DNA of 63,527 bases, filler included, from Rhabdomonas costata (lineage: Eukaryota), in assembly GCA_019059605.1 (NCBI GenBank). It is 31 parts of 31 records of this genome, joined end to end, with 100 filler letters (N's around TTAATTAATTAA, not from the genome) between each part and the next. Parts side by side here need not be neighbours in the genome. Positions count along the whole stretch, not along the records: positions 49,276 to 51,227 come from JAHMHO010007048.1; positions 51,328 to 53,267 come from JAHMHO010007049.1; positions 53,368 to 55,319 come from JAHMHO010007050.1; positions 55,420 to 57,371 come from JAHMHO010007051.1; positions 57,472 to 59,424 come from JAHMHO010007052.1; positions 59,525 to 61,476 come from JAHMHO010007053.1; positions 61,577 to 63,527 come from JAHMHO010007054.1; 24 more parts are not named here. One strand, 5' to 3'. A model generated the notes under the pieces. The model was given only the letters and a program-made list of their open reading frames with translations, was not told the origin of the DNA and made no database searches. Made by a program: the position numbers and the translations under genes. This document shows, one piece after another, positions 49,933 through 62,821 of this stretch (positions within the stretch are counted from its first letter, which is position 1; each line of letters opens with the position of its first letter).

Positions 49933-52085
49933 TGACAGGAACGTCCGAGTCCCGCAGCTGGTTTATTTTGTTTTGCAACCCACGTTGTCCCGATTTCTTT
50001 GGACCCCCCCTCTCTGCTCGAAAGGTCAAGCCGAAACAAAAACCTGGGATCTTTTCTATCGCGGTGACCACTTCCACTAAACTGTGGCCATCCAATGCAA
50101 ACCTAAAACAGTGACTCCCTTGAAAAGCTCCAGCAAAAACCCAAACTCGAAACCCTGTGGGAGGGGTCCTGTTTCCTTCCGTCGGAGTGTGCAACCATTG
50201 CGGACTTTTTTTGTGGAACCGTTTCCTGACCTGGAGCAGCGGACGATATCTCGTAAGCGCTCCAAGTCAAGCTCCTGGCGAGTCTTCCTCCCCATCTCAA
50301 TCCCTCGCAGAATGACGCGCTGGCAAGGAGGTATACATATGCCTTGGAATAGCTACCGGCAACCGAAATGCAACCGGCAAAGCCTGCTCATCTTTTCTTG
50401 CCCTTGGGTAGTGCCACCATGAAATTCAAGCAGTATTTTCATGAGTCAATCTAGAGGCCATCAAGGACCACGAGCCAACAACAAGGAAAAGCAGTATTTA
50501 CTCCCCATGCAAGAAGTGCGTACCTAACTGATTTGCAAAATAAATGGGTGTTTAGTTTCATTCATTTCCATTTTCACTTTTTTCTTCATTTTTTCATGTT
50601 TTTTGAAGGGGGGGGGTCAGCAGAGACAAAGGCAACCACAGAAGATCATCCGTAAAAGCTTGGTTTTTCAGGATAGACATGCGAGCACTGAGCACACACC
50701 TGTGGGGTGCTGCTGAAGTGGAAGTTCTTCAGCATCCTGGCCGAACTCAGCACCGGTGGAGTGCCCGCGGAAAGTGGGGAGATAAGCAGCCAAGGCTTGG
50801 TCTCCGAGCCTGCAGCACCCGGCAAAGCGGTGGCCCGGGGTGGTAGAGTGAGGTCCGGGGCATGAAAGGCAATGGCATCCGCGGAGTCCTCCAGCCCACG
50901 GTCGCTGGAGAACGTGCACTTTCTCTGCGGTCACAAACACCAAGAACAAGCACCAAGGACGGTATTTTTTTAAACAGATTTTTATAAGTTAACACTTTTT
51001 TCGCAGATAAGAAGGTTTCTCGGAATTGTGCAGAAGAAGTCAAGCCTGGCACAAAAGCAGAACGACATTCACCTTCTTGGGGCCTCAGAAAGGCTTCACA
51101 AAGGCAAGTGCGACATCCCTTTTCAAGAAGGCCAACCAACACAAGTTGCTCCTTGGCTCCTACGGATATTTAATCCAAATCACACCAGCACACGCGCAAA
51201 CAGGCACACATGGAGGGACCCCAAACCNNNNNNNNNNNNNNNNNNNNNNNNNNNNNNNNNNNNNNNNNNNNTTAATTAATTAANNNNNNNNNNNNNNNNN
51301 NNNNNNNNNNNNNNNNNNNNNNNNNNNTTTTGTGTGGGGGCGGCAGCTCAGTCCGAGGTGTGCGCCTGTGTATGTGTGTGCGACCTCCTTTCTGAGCCGC
51401 AATCTCCATATTTGCTATTGCACGAGGATCTGCTTCATCCAGTTCGCTGAGGCATTTTATGTCCCCACACTTAAGTTTCACAGGGTTTCTCAGGGGAAGT
51501 CCTGGCTGGGGTGTGGGGCCATTGGGCTGCATTGAATTGATGAGACCAGCCGTGAATATGGATTCGAGGCGGCTTTCGGTGCGTAACAGTATCCGTACCT
51601 TCGGGTGCCCTCCCGACTCATTACAGGCATGCTCCCGCTAGCCGCATAGCGCGCTAGGTGTTGCCTGACTGTGTTGGTGATTGTCATCGACTGACGGCAA
51701 GGTGCGGTGGGGAACCGGCTAATCGCCGTGTTTTCCACATATATCCCAAATGCCCCAGGGGTCTCGGGCCTTTATCGCGCAACTGCCTTTTCGTGCATCC
51801 ACTCGCACTGCAGCATTACTGTTGGTGTGTACGGGGTCCCCGACCTCCTACTTCCAGTGCCTATGCGTGTTTTGACCCCCCACAAAAACTTCGGGTTAGA
51901 CTCGCCATCGAGGACTTTTAGTGATCTCCTCCCCCGCTAGGCAGCGGGAGAAAACCCCGAGGTCCTTTGGAGGAAGGAAGACCTCCCCAATCAATCATGT
52001 CTCCACCACCAATTCCGCGTTCCCATGGGGTGCTTCCTTCTGCCCTGCGTTTCGCTTTCTGCTGTGGACCACGTGCGTTTCAAAG

Positions 52086-53179
52086 GCTCAGCTGCTGCGG
52101 CAGTGGGACGTGCAGCTGGAGTCCATGCGGGCGGGGCTGCTTTCCGTGGTGCCCGAGTCCGTGCTGGTGCTGCTGAGCTGGAGGGACCTACAGACGATGG
52201 TCTGTGGGGAGCCCAAGATCGAGGTCGCCGACCTGAAGGCCTGCATCACCTTCCAGTATGGGAGGGGGGGAAGCGTGGTCAGCTAATGCTTAGAGGTGGC
52301 AGTGAACATAATTTTGTCAACATCTGTGTCTGGTCTGTGGTGCGTGGTGATGATGCCCCCCCCCTCCTACCAGCGATGGTGCGGACGGACATTCTTCCGA
52401 GACTTTGGGGTTGGTTCCCTTTTTGTCCCGTTTGCTGTTTCCAATGCAGATTCTTCCTGCTTCTCATATCTCTCGTTTGCACACAGACACAAATACATTT
52501 GAGGTGGATGCGGGGGAAAAACCTCTGGGGACCATCTCTTGCAGGTCCCACACGTCTCCGTAGGTCAGCGTTCTTTTCACAAGGCAAAAAGCAGGAAGTC
52601 AAACTCCCAAGTCAAGCTACAGTAATGCCAGGGGCAGCCTGCCCCAGTTCCGACAGACATAGACTCAAAGCTCACGTGCAAGCAGTGGTGTTGCCTCTCC
52701 TCTTTCCGCTGCCTGTTTCCCCGCCGTCATTCTCCCTCTTACCCAATTGAATTTGAATTCGACGGGGAATTGGATAGAATTTTGAATTGCCCATTCTGAA
52801 CTTTGATTTCTGAATTGAACTGTGAACGATTTTGAGGTACTTGTTTGGTAGCAGTGATAATAAAGTTAATTAAACTTTAAGCACCTCCACATTCAACTTT
52901 GAGATCGGCGGCGTTACCCAATCGGCTGGCGCGCGAAACGACTCTCTGGTGATGTGCGTAACCGTGTATCGCGGACGGGGGCAGACTGGTACCACATATG
53001 CGCGCCTGGCCGCGTTGCTTAGGCCCAGCGGGCGTGCCGCGGAGGAGCTGTTCTGGAAGGCCGTGGAGGGGATGTCGTACGCCCAGCGCAGCCAGCTGTG
53101 CCGCTTCGCCACGGGCCGCGCACGGCTTCCGCTGCACTTCACTGTGGAGTGGAGCTCCGACCTGGACCGCCTGCCCTCG
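52086..53179 (+). CDS. HECT-domain E3 ubiquitin ligase fragment; exons 52086-52255 and 53023-53179
   Basis: QLESMRAGLLSVVPESVLVLLSWRDLQTMVCGEPKIEVADLK and FWKAVEGMSYAQRSQLCRFATGRARLP...DRLPS are HECT motifs; phase-2 GT-AG intron. Confidence 0.92.
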
Positions 53180-53367
53180 GTCTTCCCCCATTTGTTTATG
53201 CGGAGAGCGGGCTGGTGTTCATCTTAGTTTTTTTTTTTAGGAAACTTTTAGACGCCCACCCACCACCNNNNNNNNNNNNNNNNNNNNNNNNNNNNNNNNN
53301 NNNNNNNNNNNTTAATTAATTAANNNNNNNNNNNNNNNNNNNNNNNNNNNNNNNNNNNNNNNNNNNN

Positions 53368-55307
53368 TTTGTGGCTTCCAGGCAGTCAAGCAGACTGGGC
53401 TCGCGCTCGAGCAAGAGCCGGAGCGAACCACCAGCAGTGTTGTCCACGATGCGGGCGATGTCAAATGCTGTAACGTCACCAATGATCCGAAGGGTGACAA
53501 ATACGATACCGCTCGTCTTTTTCAGGCGATTAAAGATTCCCATAACCGAAAGGACGTTGGTACTCTCCAAGGTGCAATTTCGGTGCAAATGGTGGGTCAC
53601 TTCGCAGATCCTCGACTGAATTTCCATAAGCTGCTCTGAGCTAACTACCGCACAGTGAACCTTGGAGTCAAGAAGAAGTTCACAGAGGATTTCACGAGCC
53701 TCCGCCACCGTTGGAGAAAGTTGCCCCTTCTCTCCAAGTTCAAGAACTCGAAACCAATGCTCGCGAAGTTGTTGGTAAACTTGTGGAAACGCAGAGCTGA
53801 TCAGGTAATTGCCCGCAAATACAAGAAGCGAAGAAGAAATGCCAGCAGTGGATGACGTACAGAACCTTCTGTGTGCAATAGAGATGATTTCAGCCAGAAC
53901 GTCTCCGCTTTCTGCAACTTTTCGGGGCAAGTCTTGTAAACGACTCAGGTTTCCACCAGAAACTGTCAGGCCCACTCGCCTGAAAACTACCCCTGCACTG
54001 TCTAAAACATCAATGGGCTCACACGGAATGAGCTTCGCGGCCCTGGAGCTACACTGCCAATCGTTGTGAGGCTGCAGTTCGTACCTATTTCCACAGGAGT
54101 CAAAGAACGCTAACGTCTCTAGCTGTCGGTAGAAATGCTGTCCGGCAATTGGAGGTGCGGACGCAAAAAATGCATCCAGGCGAAATGACGCCACAGTCGC
54201 TGGCATGGCTTCCGACCACATCACCTCATAAGATTGGCCATCAGGGTTTAGGGGACCCCAGTAATAGAAGCCATCCAGGCGAAGCCCGACTTGAGTAACG
54301 ACACAGTTTGCGACTGCAACCACGTTTTCGCGGCGGCGGACAATGCTCGGCGTTGCGGAGGCAGACGGGGCAATGACTGCGTCGAAGCGAGTCCCGAAGT
54401 GCTGAGCCGACCGAGCAAGTCGGATGCTCTTCATCAACCCGCACAAAACACTTTCAGGTCGATGCCTTTCCCGCAAGCTGTGCTGTGCACCTACAAAAGC
54501 AGCAACGACCTGGTACAACTCCTCAACGAAAGTCCCGGCAACGAATTCCCTGTCGCGAAAGGATTCCTCGGGAACTTCCTCAGGAATCAGTGCTTTAAGC
54601 TGCGGCCACAGTGAATACTTCTCAAGAAAGGTCAAGGCCTCGATTGGATTCAGGCGAGTGACTTCTTCCGGTGAAGGCAAAGGTCCGGCCAGAAGGTTGG
54701 CTTCCTCCGGGCAAGAGCTATTTGCGAGCTTTGCATCAAAAAGCTTTGCAAGGTCCCACCGAAGCACTTGCTCGTCGTCCTCGTATTCCTGGATCCATAT
54801 ACCCAGGCGTCTTGAGATTTCGATCAGCTCAGCAGTGGGCCTCCCGGCGGGGTCTTCACGGGTGTATCCAAGCGCATTGGCAACCTTCTGCTTCTGTTTG
54901 GATTGTTCATTGGTCAGTGCGTTTACTCGGAGATCTTCGAAAAGACCCCAAATACCATTCAGATAATCATCTGCGCGCTCCAGGGGATCTTTGGATTTCT
55001 CAGGAAGAAATTTCACACGAGCTCGACCAATCTTTCGGAATAAAGAGTTCGTATTGAACGCAGCTGTCTTCTCTGCAGTAGTACCCGTCACCCTGGATTC
55101 ATCAAGAGTAACATCACAAAAGATTGCTTCAGCGTGGCCCTTGGCGAATCGATCATCAGAAACCAAGCGTTCAACCAGCAAAAGATCCCCCAGGTCGAAA
55201 GCAATGCTCAACGGACCCAGAAGTTTGGCCAAGGTCGCTCTTTGGCGAACCTCCTGCATAGTCCCGGTGCTTCGCAGGTTTTCTCGACTTAGCCAGTCCC
55301 TGATCTC
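53368..55307 (-). CDS. Uninterrupted ORF of more than 630 codons, hypothetical protein, open at the 3' end
   Basis: One frame without stops across almost the whole contig, with natural amino-acid composition; no family recognised. Confidence 0.8.
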
Positions 55308-58034
55308 TCACCAAAAACCNNNNNNNNNNNNNNNNNNNNNNNNNNNNNNNNNNNNNNNNNNNNTTAATTAATTAANNNNNNNNNNNNNNNNNNNNNNNNN
55401 NNNNNNNNNNNNNNNNNNNTTTACAGATTCCGCTGCAGTTGCCTGCAACGGAATCTGTAAACGAAAACACGCACATCATGGCGCCGAAATGGAGTTGTTC
55501 CTTGCACCGTGTGCAGAGCGTCTTGACGTTGGCTCGTCATTCTTTTTTGAACTCTCCGACGTAATTCAAAAGATAAAAGCGCACATGTCGCGACCTCTCA
55601 TTCATCCACCTGCTGAACAGGCCGAAATGGACCAAACGTAGAGCAAGGACAAAGGCGAATTGCTCAGCAGACCCCGCCATGCCAGAGCCCGAGGCACACA
55701 CCTCTCGAGGCCCACAATGGCGGACCCTCCAACATGTTAAAACATGTTGCCCCATATTAGCTTTTCCCGCTTTTGCCTCCCGTCCCGGCCGACGCCCGGA
55801 ACCAGGAATCAGACATGGTCGGCCTCATGCCCACGAGCCCAGGTCAGTAAAAAGCCATGAACGGGCGATAAATTGTCAACCGTTAACCAACTTCTCAACA
55901 GCCTTTGTGTTCGCCGAAAGCTATCCGGGCCGCTGACCAGTTATCGGGTGGCCGGATTCCTGAACCTTATTCAGCCTTATTCAGGGGCGCGGAAATACGC
56001 TAAAACAACCCCCTGTTCGGCAGCTGTTCCCGCAGCTTCTGAATGTACATCGGAGCTCGCCGGGACTCAGTGGTGCCGTTATTTCCGGCATTCGGGGTGT
56101 TTTTTCGGTATCCATGTTTGTTGTGAAATCTCCGGAAACCAAAACGATAAAACCCACGCAACATTGATGCAATGTATTGTTGCGTGCGTTTGACTGCGCG
56201 CATTCTTTGTGTAACAAAAAGGCACCAGTCCGCCCATAAAGCATATATATTGACCCAAATGAATTAGCGCATGCATTTCGGATCAAATCAAAAAGAAACC
56301 TGTCTTTTGAAATTCTCTGTTCCGGTGCCGTATTTGTTCGCGGTCGTGTGGTCCGCGGGTTGGACTTCAGCCGGATGTACCCGTAGAAAAGAGTCTGATA
56401 TACAGCAATATCAGCCTTCTGGCAGAGACCGGATATTACCGTTACATATTGCCCCCGAGAGTTAAATAATATACGTTTGTTTGCATTTGGGATGATGATT
56501 TCAAGCGATGGATTAAAGTGGCCGTTCTGCCTCAATAGGACCTAAGCAGCGGCAGAACGTTGAGAGACCAGCGATTAGTAGGCAACTTACAACAGGAATG
56601 TGGAATAAATTCAACGGCAAACCTTGGTACTCAAGCTTCGTGATGAGGAGTGGATGGTTGGGAGCGAGGAAGTGACTAAATGGGCTTGTTTTTTGCGGTT
56701 TAACATCTGAATTGGTTTTGGCAGTTCCTGACCCTTATGGTAAACCCACCGGAAAGGTAGAGGAGCACAAGTTCGACACTAATAGAGTAGTGGGAACACG
56801 TGAATACAGCAGCGCAGCCGCACAGTCTTGGAGGATAAAAAGCACACCAGTGTTGCGTGCAGTACTTGCAGACATCACCATGTCCTGTACTACACTTTGT
56901 GGAGCATGTGATGTGCACCATGTGCTTCTGTTTCCGCTGCATTACATTTCAGCTAGAAACATATGGACGAATGAGCACACTCTTAATCATCCATTTAATT
57001 TCAAAGTTCTAAAAGTGTCTCAAATGATCCTACTGGTAGATGCTCCTGAATATGCACAGCGGGAATCAGTTGCAAAAAGGTTTGAATTGCCTCAAAAAAA
57101 GCTGCAACAGTATATTTTACATATTTAAACAGCCAGTTGGAACAAAAGCCCGAAACTCTATATCGATGATGGAGCGTGCTACACAGTGAATTTAACCGAA
57201 TGTGCTTTTAAGTAAAACATACCATAATTTGCGCGGGCACAAATTTAACGCTTTTGGTGTTCATGTAGTTCAGTATTAGTCGAAGTTTGTACAGATTCAT
57301 TATTTGACGTGTGTTCTGGTTGTTTTTAAGGCTTAAATACTGATTGGATTTCATGTTCCACAACAACCACANNNNNNNNNNNNNNNNNNNNNNNNNNNNN
57401 NNNNNNNNNNNNNNNTTAATTAATTAANNNNNNNNNNNNNNNNNNNNNNNNNNNNNNNNNNNNNNNNNNNNTGGGTGTGGGATGCAATGCAAAACTAAAC
57501 ATCAAAACCTTTGTGAAGGTTTGTGAAGGTGATCAATGGACTTGCTCGCGAAGACGGGCCAAGAACAGTAGAGCGAAGAGCCCGGGTGGACTAATCATGA
57601 CACTGCCTTTTTTCGCATCGATGAAGCTTTTCTATTGTGTGCTGTGTTGCTGTGAACGGGTGTGATTTTTTATTGACTCACATTTGCCAGGTATGGGTCG
57701 TGATTTTCGTGATTTTCTGGGTTACATCCTTGATGTCACAGTTCGAGAAGCACAGGGAAAACAGCCAAAGCCGCAAAGCAAAACGAATGCTCATCACGAA
57801 AACAATGGCCCCAAGAAGACTCCAAAGGTAAGTTCAAAATAGAGCAGAATACATGCTCTGTAGAGCACATTGACGGAAAAATGAGACGCCGATTCTGGTA
57901 ACGACTTCATATGGACGTACGAGCTCAAAAATACAGATTCCAAAAACCCGGAATCGCGCTTGGGGCAAACCGAAAGAGGAACCTCACACAGCAGTCCCCA
58001 CTCCCCGACAAAGTGAGGAGCGGGTGCCAGAAAC

Positions 58035-58875
58035 CTCGGTGTTGATGTCCTTGTACTCTCGCTTCCCCACTGCCTTGGACTGGAACTGAGCGTCCTTCAT
58101 TCGGGTCAGCGTGTTGCACACGCGGCCCCAGAACGGGAACTCCTGCAGCTTCAGCGCGGCGGCCCGCTCCAGGAGGTAGGGCATGTCAAAGTTGATGATG
58201 TTGTATCTTTTTTGGAGGTGGGGAGAGTGAATAGGGTATACCCCGCAATTGGAGGAAGCTGCCGAGCTACTGCCTCAAATCACATCAGAGAACTTGTTCC
58301 AACGAATTAGCGTTTACGACTGCAAACTCCGGGGCCGGGGGACTCCGAAGTCGGGCTCAAGTCGGGCATCCTTGGCTGCTGTTCACCCCGCAACAAAGAA
58401 CCCACCTGTGACAGAACCTTCACCCGCTGCAAACAGGGAAAACCATCGACCGGAATGTGCGAAAGAGTTTCCCGTGGAACATCAACCAAAAGGCTTACTA
58501 CGAAGTATTTGGACAGGAATGGGAAACAAAAAGACTAAAAAAGAAAAGCTACTGCATTACATGCCCACCATATGACATGCAGGGGTCCTGATTGCCATGC
58601 CAAAGAAAGTAGAAACCAACCCCATGTTAAGGTAGTTCTCGAGCAAATGTCACGGTGTTTATCAGAGCGAAAGCAGAAGCATAAATCAAAAAAAAAAAGA
58701 GGAAAAAACTGCAACATGCAGACCCCGTCAGGATATCGGGGTCGACCAACTCCATGAACTTCCTCCATGCCATCAGAAGGTCCTCCTCCTTGGCAAAGGC
58801 GTAGACATCGGACCCCACAATGTTGCTGCAGCTACCAAGGCAGAACACCGCCTTGGCAAGCACTCGCCCGGTGCC
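58035..58875 (-). CDS. POLD1: DNA polymerase delta catalytic subunit, 3'-5' exonuclease domain fragment; exons 58875-58724 and 58206-58035
   Basis: VFCLGSCSNIVGSDV..EEDLLMAWRKF..VDPDILTG|YNIINFDMPYLLERA..FQSKAVGKREYKDIN (ExoII motif and pol delta-specific flanks). Confidence 0.93.
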
Positions 58876-59021
58876 CTGCGACAGGCAGAAAGTTGGAGAC
58901 GGCGGAGAAAACACACTGCAACCCCATCACAATTCTGAAACCGAGTTGGGGAAATGCGGCGTTGACGGGTCGCAGCTACGCTGATTTCAGCGCACATTCA
59001 CACAAGCATACACATTGAGTA

Positions 59022-59233
59022 GGGTGTGAAGGGTACCCACACGGGTTCGCATACTGTCAGGCACCAAAGGGGTTCGAATTCATATCACGGTCTAGCTCAC
59101 CTCACCCCATCCCAGCAGGTTTTCTTCTATGGAACAAGGGGGCCAGCAGGCGCCTGGTTGGGAACATGAGTGTCCCGGCGCGCTTAATTGACCGGAGTCT
59201 CGTTCCGATGGATGACGGCTGGGAAGGGTCACA
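59022..59233 (+). mobile_element. Dispersed repeat family B, copy 2, in the presumed intron upstream of the pol delta exon
   Basis: Collinear with 9147-9395; GGTTCGAATTC B-box at 59071-59081; CA-rich flanks. Confidence 0.75.
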
Positions 59234-61657
59234 CACACAGACACTCTGCACATAAAAACCGATTGGCATAAGACTTTGCCACTGCAGTCCGCCAATCCCA
59301 CCTGCAGAGTCACAATATATAACTCCAAACGGAGCCGTCGCCCAAACTCTGCGACCCAAAACTGTCACTCCATCATGGAGCATCCCCAACAATGTCCACC
59401 GGCCCCTATTCAAACCCAACAAACNNNNNNNNNNNNNNNNNNNNNNNNNNNNNNNNNNNNNNNNNNNNTTAATTAATTAANNNNNNNNNNNNNNNNNNNN
59501 NNNNNNNNNNNNNNNNNNNNNNNNCAGCTGATTTAGCAAGGTCGTTATTGTGGGGTTCAGACGAGCAGTGACGGTGGTCGGGAGCAGGTCCAGACTGAGC
59601 GCGAGAGCGCGGAGTGCCAGCGAGTGTTGACGGGGGTATATGTCGGGGAGGACTTGTGGTAGGGCTGCGAGGACGGCACTGGCTGCTGGTTTATCCAGCC
59701 AGCCAGGGAGGAGTAAGAGGCCCGGCCGAGTGTCTGGGCTTTCTCGTCCATGATTTTGGTCATGCAGTGCTGAAGGAGGGGGACCACAGGCTTCAGGAAG
59801 TCTGGCAGGCGGGTGTCGGAGGCCATTTGGGCGAGGGCCTCGGTCTTGGGTTGCTCAGGGTAGGTTGGTGGAGCCAGAAGGGCAGGCACCTGGAGGCGGA
59901 GCGCACTGAACTGCGCCTGTAGCTGGGTCATCTGGGCGAAGAGCTGATGCGCCCACGCGGAGGGAGACTCCGAGTTGGAGCCGTCAACGGTGGGAGGTGA
60001 GGTGCACCACAGAAAATTCTAATGAGGGCTGAAAGGGCAGGGAAAAGCAGCAAGAGACTGGCGCTAACTTCAGACCATGTACACGGTTCGCGCGTGGAGG
60101 TAGAATGGCATTTAGATGTGAGGGGAAGGTGGTGATAACCAAATGACAATCCCGCTGTGGCTTTACTTCCACCAGGCCGTCGCCCCCCTGGTGATTGTGG
60201 AGAAATAAATGGGCCAAACGAATAGGGCACTATGTGCAATTCTGCAAGATCTGACAATTAACCGGCTAAATCTCGCTCTGGGAGCTGTGCACCTCCACCC
60301 CACAGTCAGCTAACAATGAGACTTCACGAGGTTTCTCCAAATTTAACCGGTCAATGCCTTCAATGTGCATCACGGGAGGCAGGGGATCGCCTCTTGCCAG
60401 CTGAAGGGTATCTGAGACAACTTCAGTGGGGGCTACTGACTTTTGGATTTCTTTTGTTGCCTTGCTTGTTTTCACACTGTCGTGTGTAATTTATTGTTCC
60501 CAGTTTGTAAATCGGTTTGCTTTCGCGCGCTATGCTGTGCTTTTGTATTTTTCGCTTTCCGCTGCGGAACTCCTTCAGCCCAATTTCTTCCACCCCGTCT
60601 CTGCGGGCTCCTCACCTGAGTTTCGATTTCTTTTTGTTTTTTCACTTGCACAGGTGGCTCCAGTTCTGTTTCAGCTGGAAAAGCCGCTGAAAGAGAACGA
60701 CCTCTTGCTCCTCCAGTCTTGGAAGTTTGCTCCAGCTTGTTTGGTGATTCCAGCCAGAAGCAGAAGTTGATTGCTTGCCTCTGGTTGGATGAAGTGGATG
60801 TTGACATGGAAGCGTGCCACTGGCCGTTTGAACTTTTGCTGTTCTTCTACACGAGTTTTCATCTCTTCATTGCTCACTACAACATCTACAGCTTGGTATT
60901 CTCTCAATCCCGTCTTTGAATTTGTTATTCCTTTGTATTACGTCATTAGTCAAATTACGTCATTAGTTAAATTCTAGGTGGGCCCAATTGACGAATGCTT
61001 GCCTTGCTTCGCATCATGAATACAGTTTTCTGATATGACTTTTCTCTGTTGCAGAACTTTTTGCACTACGATATGGTTGCCCTGATATTCAGTTTTGTTG
61101 CTCTTCTTCGGCGATTACTTCTGAAGTGGGACTTCACCAGCCGACAGAATGAAGCAGCACAACTTCAAGTAACGACCTGCTCCCTCCTTTCCCAAAAAAA
61201 TCAGAATGCTTTTCATCGATAGCCAGCAGCACGCCACGTCAAGGTTGTGAGATGGTTCGGCAAGGGATGCCAGAAAACCATTCACATTTATAGTACACAC
61301 ACAGAAGCACACACCGCAAAAATCTGAATTCAAATAATTCAGCAACTTATGTGTTTGTTGTTGGGTACCTGCCAAATCGCCATCTAGCACCGTTTACGCC
61401 ATCTATTGCCATCTACCGCCATCTTGATCGAGGCGTTTTCTGCTTAAACTCTACTTGTCCAGCTTCCCAACCACCCNNNNNNNNNNNNNNNNNNNNNNNN
61501 NNNNNNNNNNNNNNNNNNNNTTAATTAATTAANNNNNNNNNNNNNNNNNNNNNNNNNNNNNNNNNNNNNNNNNNNNGGGTTGTGTGGGTTCAAAGTCAGC
61601 TCAAACAAATGGGAGGAGAAGGGCAGCAAAAAGATGAGAAATGAGGGTGCCACTAAC

Positions 61658-62821
61658 CCGGAACTGTGGTGACATCAACCACTTGGCAGGAGCCATTGAC
61701 CAGACGTAGCTCGCGTCGCTCGTCGCGGTTTCCTTTCCGCAATAGATCGTATACTGCGTCATTGTAAACCTGCGCCCGGGAAAGAGGGTGTCTATCGAGC
61801 AAATAACGCACTGGTTGGTGCCAAAGCACTCGCTGCGTTGTTGTGTTGGCAGCATTCGGTCAGTAGGTTGTGCTATCTGTGGTACGCACGCCATGGATTT
61901 ACCGAACTACTTCACATAAGCCCAGGAGCGTGAGTGAGAGCGTGAGTGAGAGTGTGGGCGTGTGTTTGTGTTGGTGGGTGTGCACGAGCACGATCACTGA
62001 ATGCGAAAGCATTGGGTCAAAACAGCAAAGCCAACCTAACCTCGCACGGATGAGCACCATTTTTGCTGAAAACAGACTGGGAAAGAAGGAAGACGGCAGG
62101 GAGCAAGCACAGCAAGGCACCCACTTGAAGCTACAAAAACTGAGCAACACGCAGCTGAGCCGCGTTCAAAAAAAATAGCTGAAGCTCGCATTGAGCCTCA
62201 GGGCTCGGGGCCAAAAGGCGAAAACAAAAGTACACATGCCTCGATACAGGTAATGGACACGGTATACGTGTACGCCTCAGCCCGCCCTGCGATCTGCTCG
62301 AACAGCAGCTGCACCGTGCGGTAGCTGATCCCTGGCTGGGCTGCACTGCCTTCCACGGTGTACGTCTTCCCTGTCGCGTCAAATATGAAGGAAACCGATG
62401 TTGACGCCACTAAACCCTTTTATGTGTGTAGGTACGTGTGGTGAGCAGTCAACGCGATAAGGTCACAGGATTCTAAGCAATCCTTCGTGGCACAAGAGGA
62501 AGAGTGTAGAAGGTTTTCCTTAAACCGATGGTTTGTGCATACTCTCCCTCCCCTTCACAGCAACCTTTTACCTTAAGATGGACGGGGTAAAAAGCTCAAA
62601 CGGAGCCACCAAGCGATGGTGATGGAGTGAGGAGGAGGGGACGGTGCGCTGTAACCAAAGGGAGAGGATCAGTCTGAAGAATTGGGCAAGGGGAATAATA
62701 AAGTGTGTGGGCAGAGGGGAAGAGGGTGCGCACCAGAGCCCGTCTGGCCGTACGCGAAGATGCAAACATTGTACCCATCCAGCACTGACGTGATCACGGG
62801 CTGCACCGCCTCGAAAACGTC
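61658..62821 (-). CDS. Kinesin motor domain fragment, kinesin-14 (KIFC/Kar3)-like; exons 62821-62734, 62370-62240, 61769-61658
   Basis: [65 protein letters not shown] (P-loop and E-x-YN motif). Confidence 0.93.

Noticed and set aside
59190..59206. GAACGAGACTCCGG on the minus strand resembling SSU rRNA
   Set aside because: Only about 14 nt with no flanking rRNA similarity; it is part of repeat family B
59557..59931. 124-aa ORF with a gag/ORF1-like feel
   Set aside because: No zinc knuckle or other diagnostic motif
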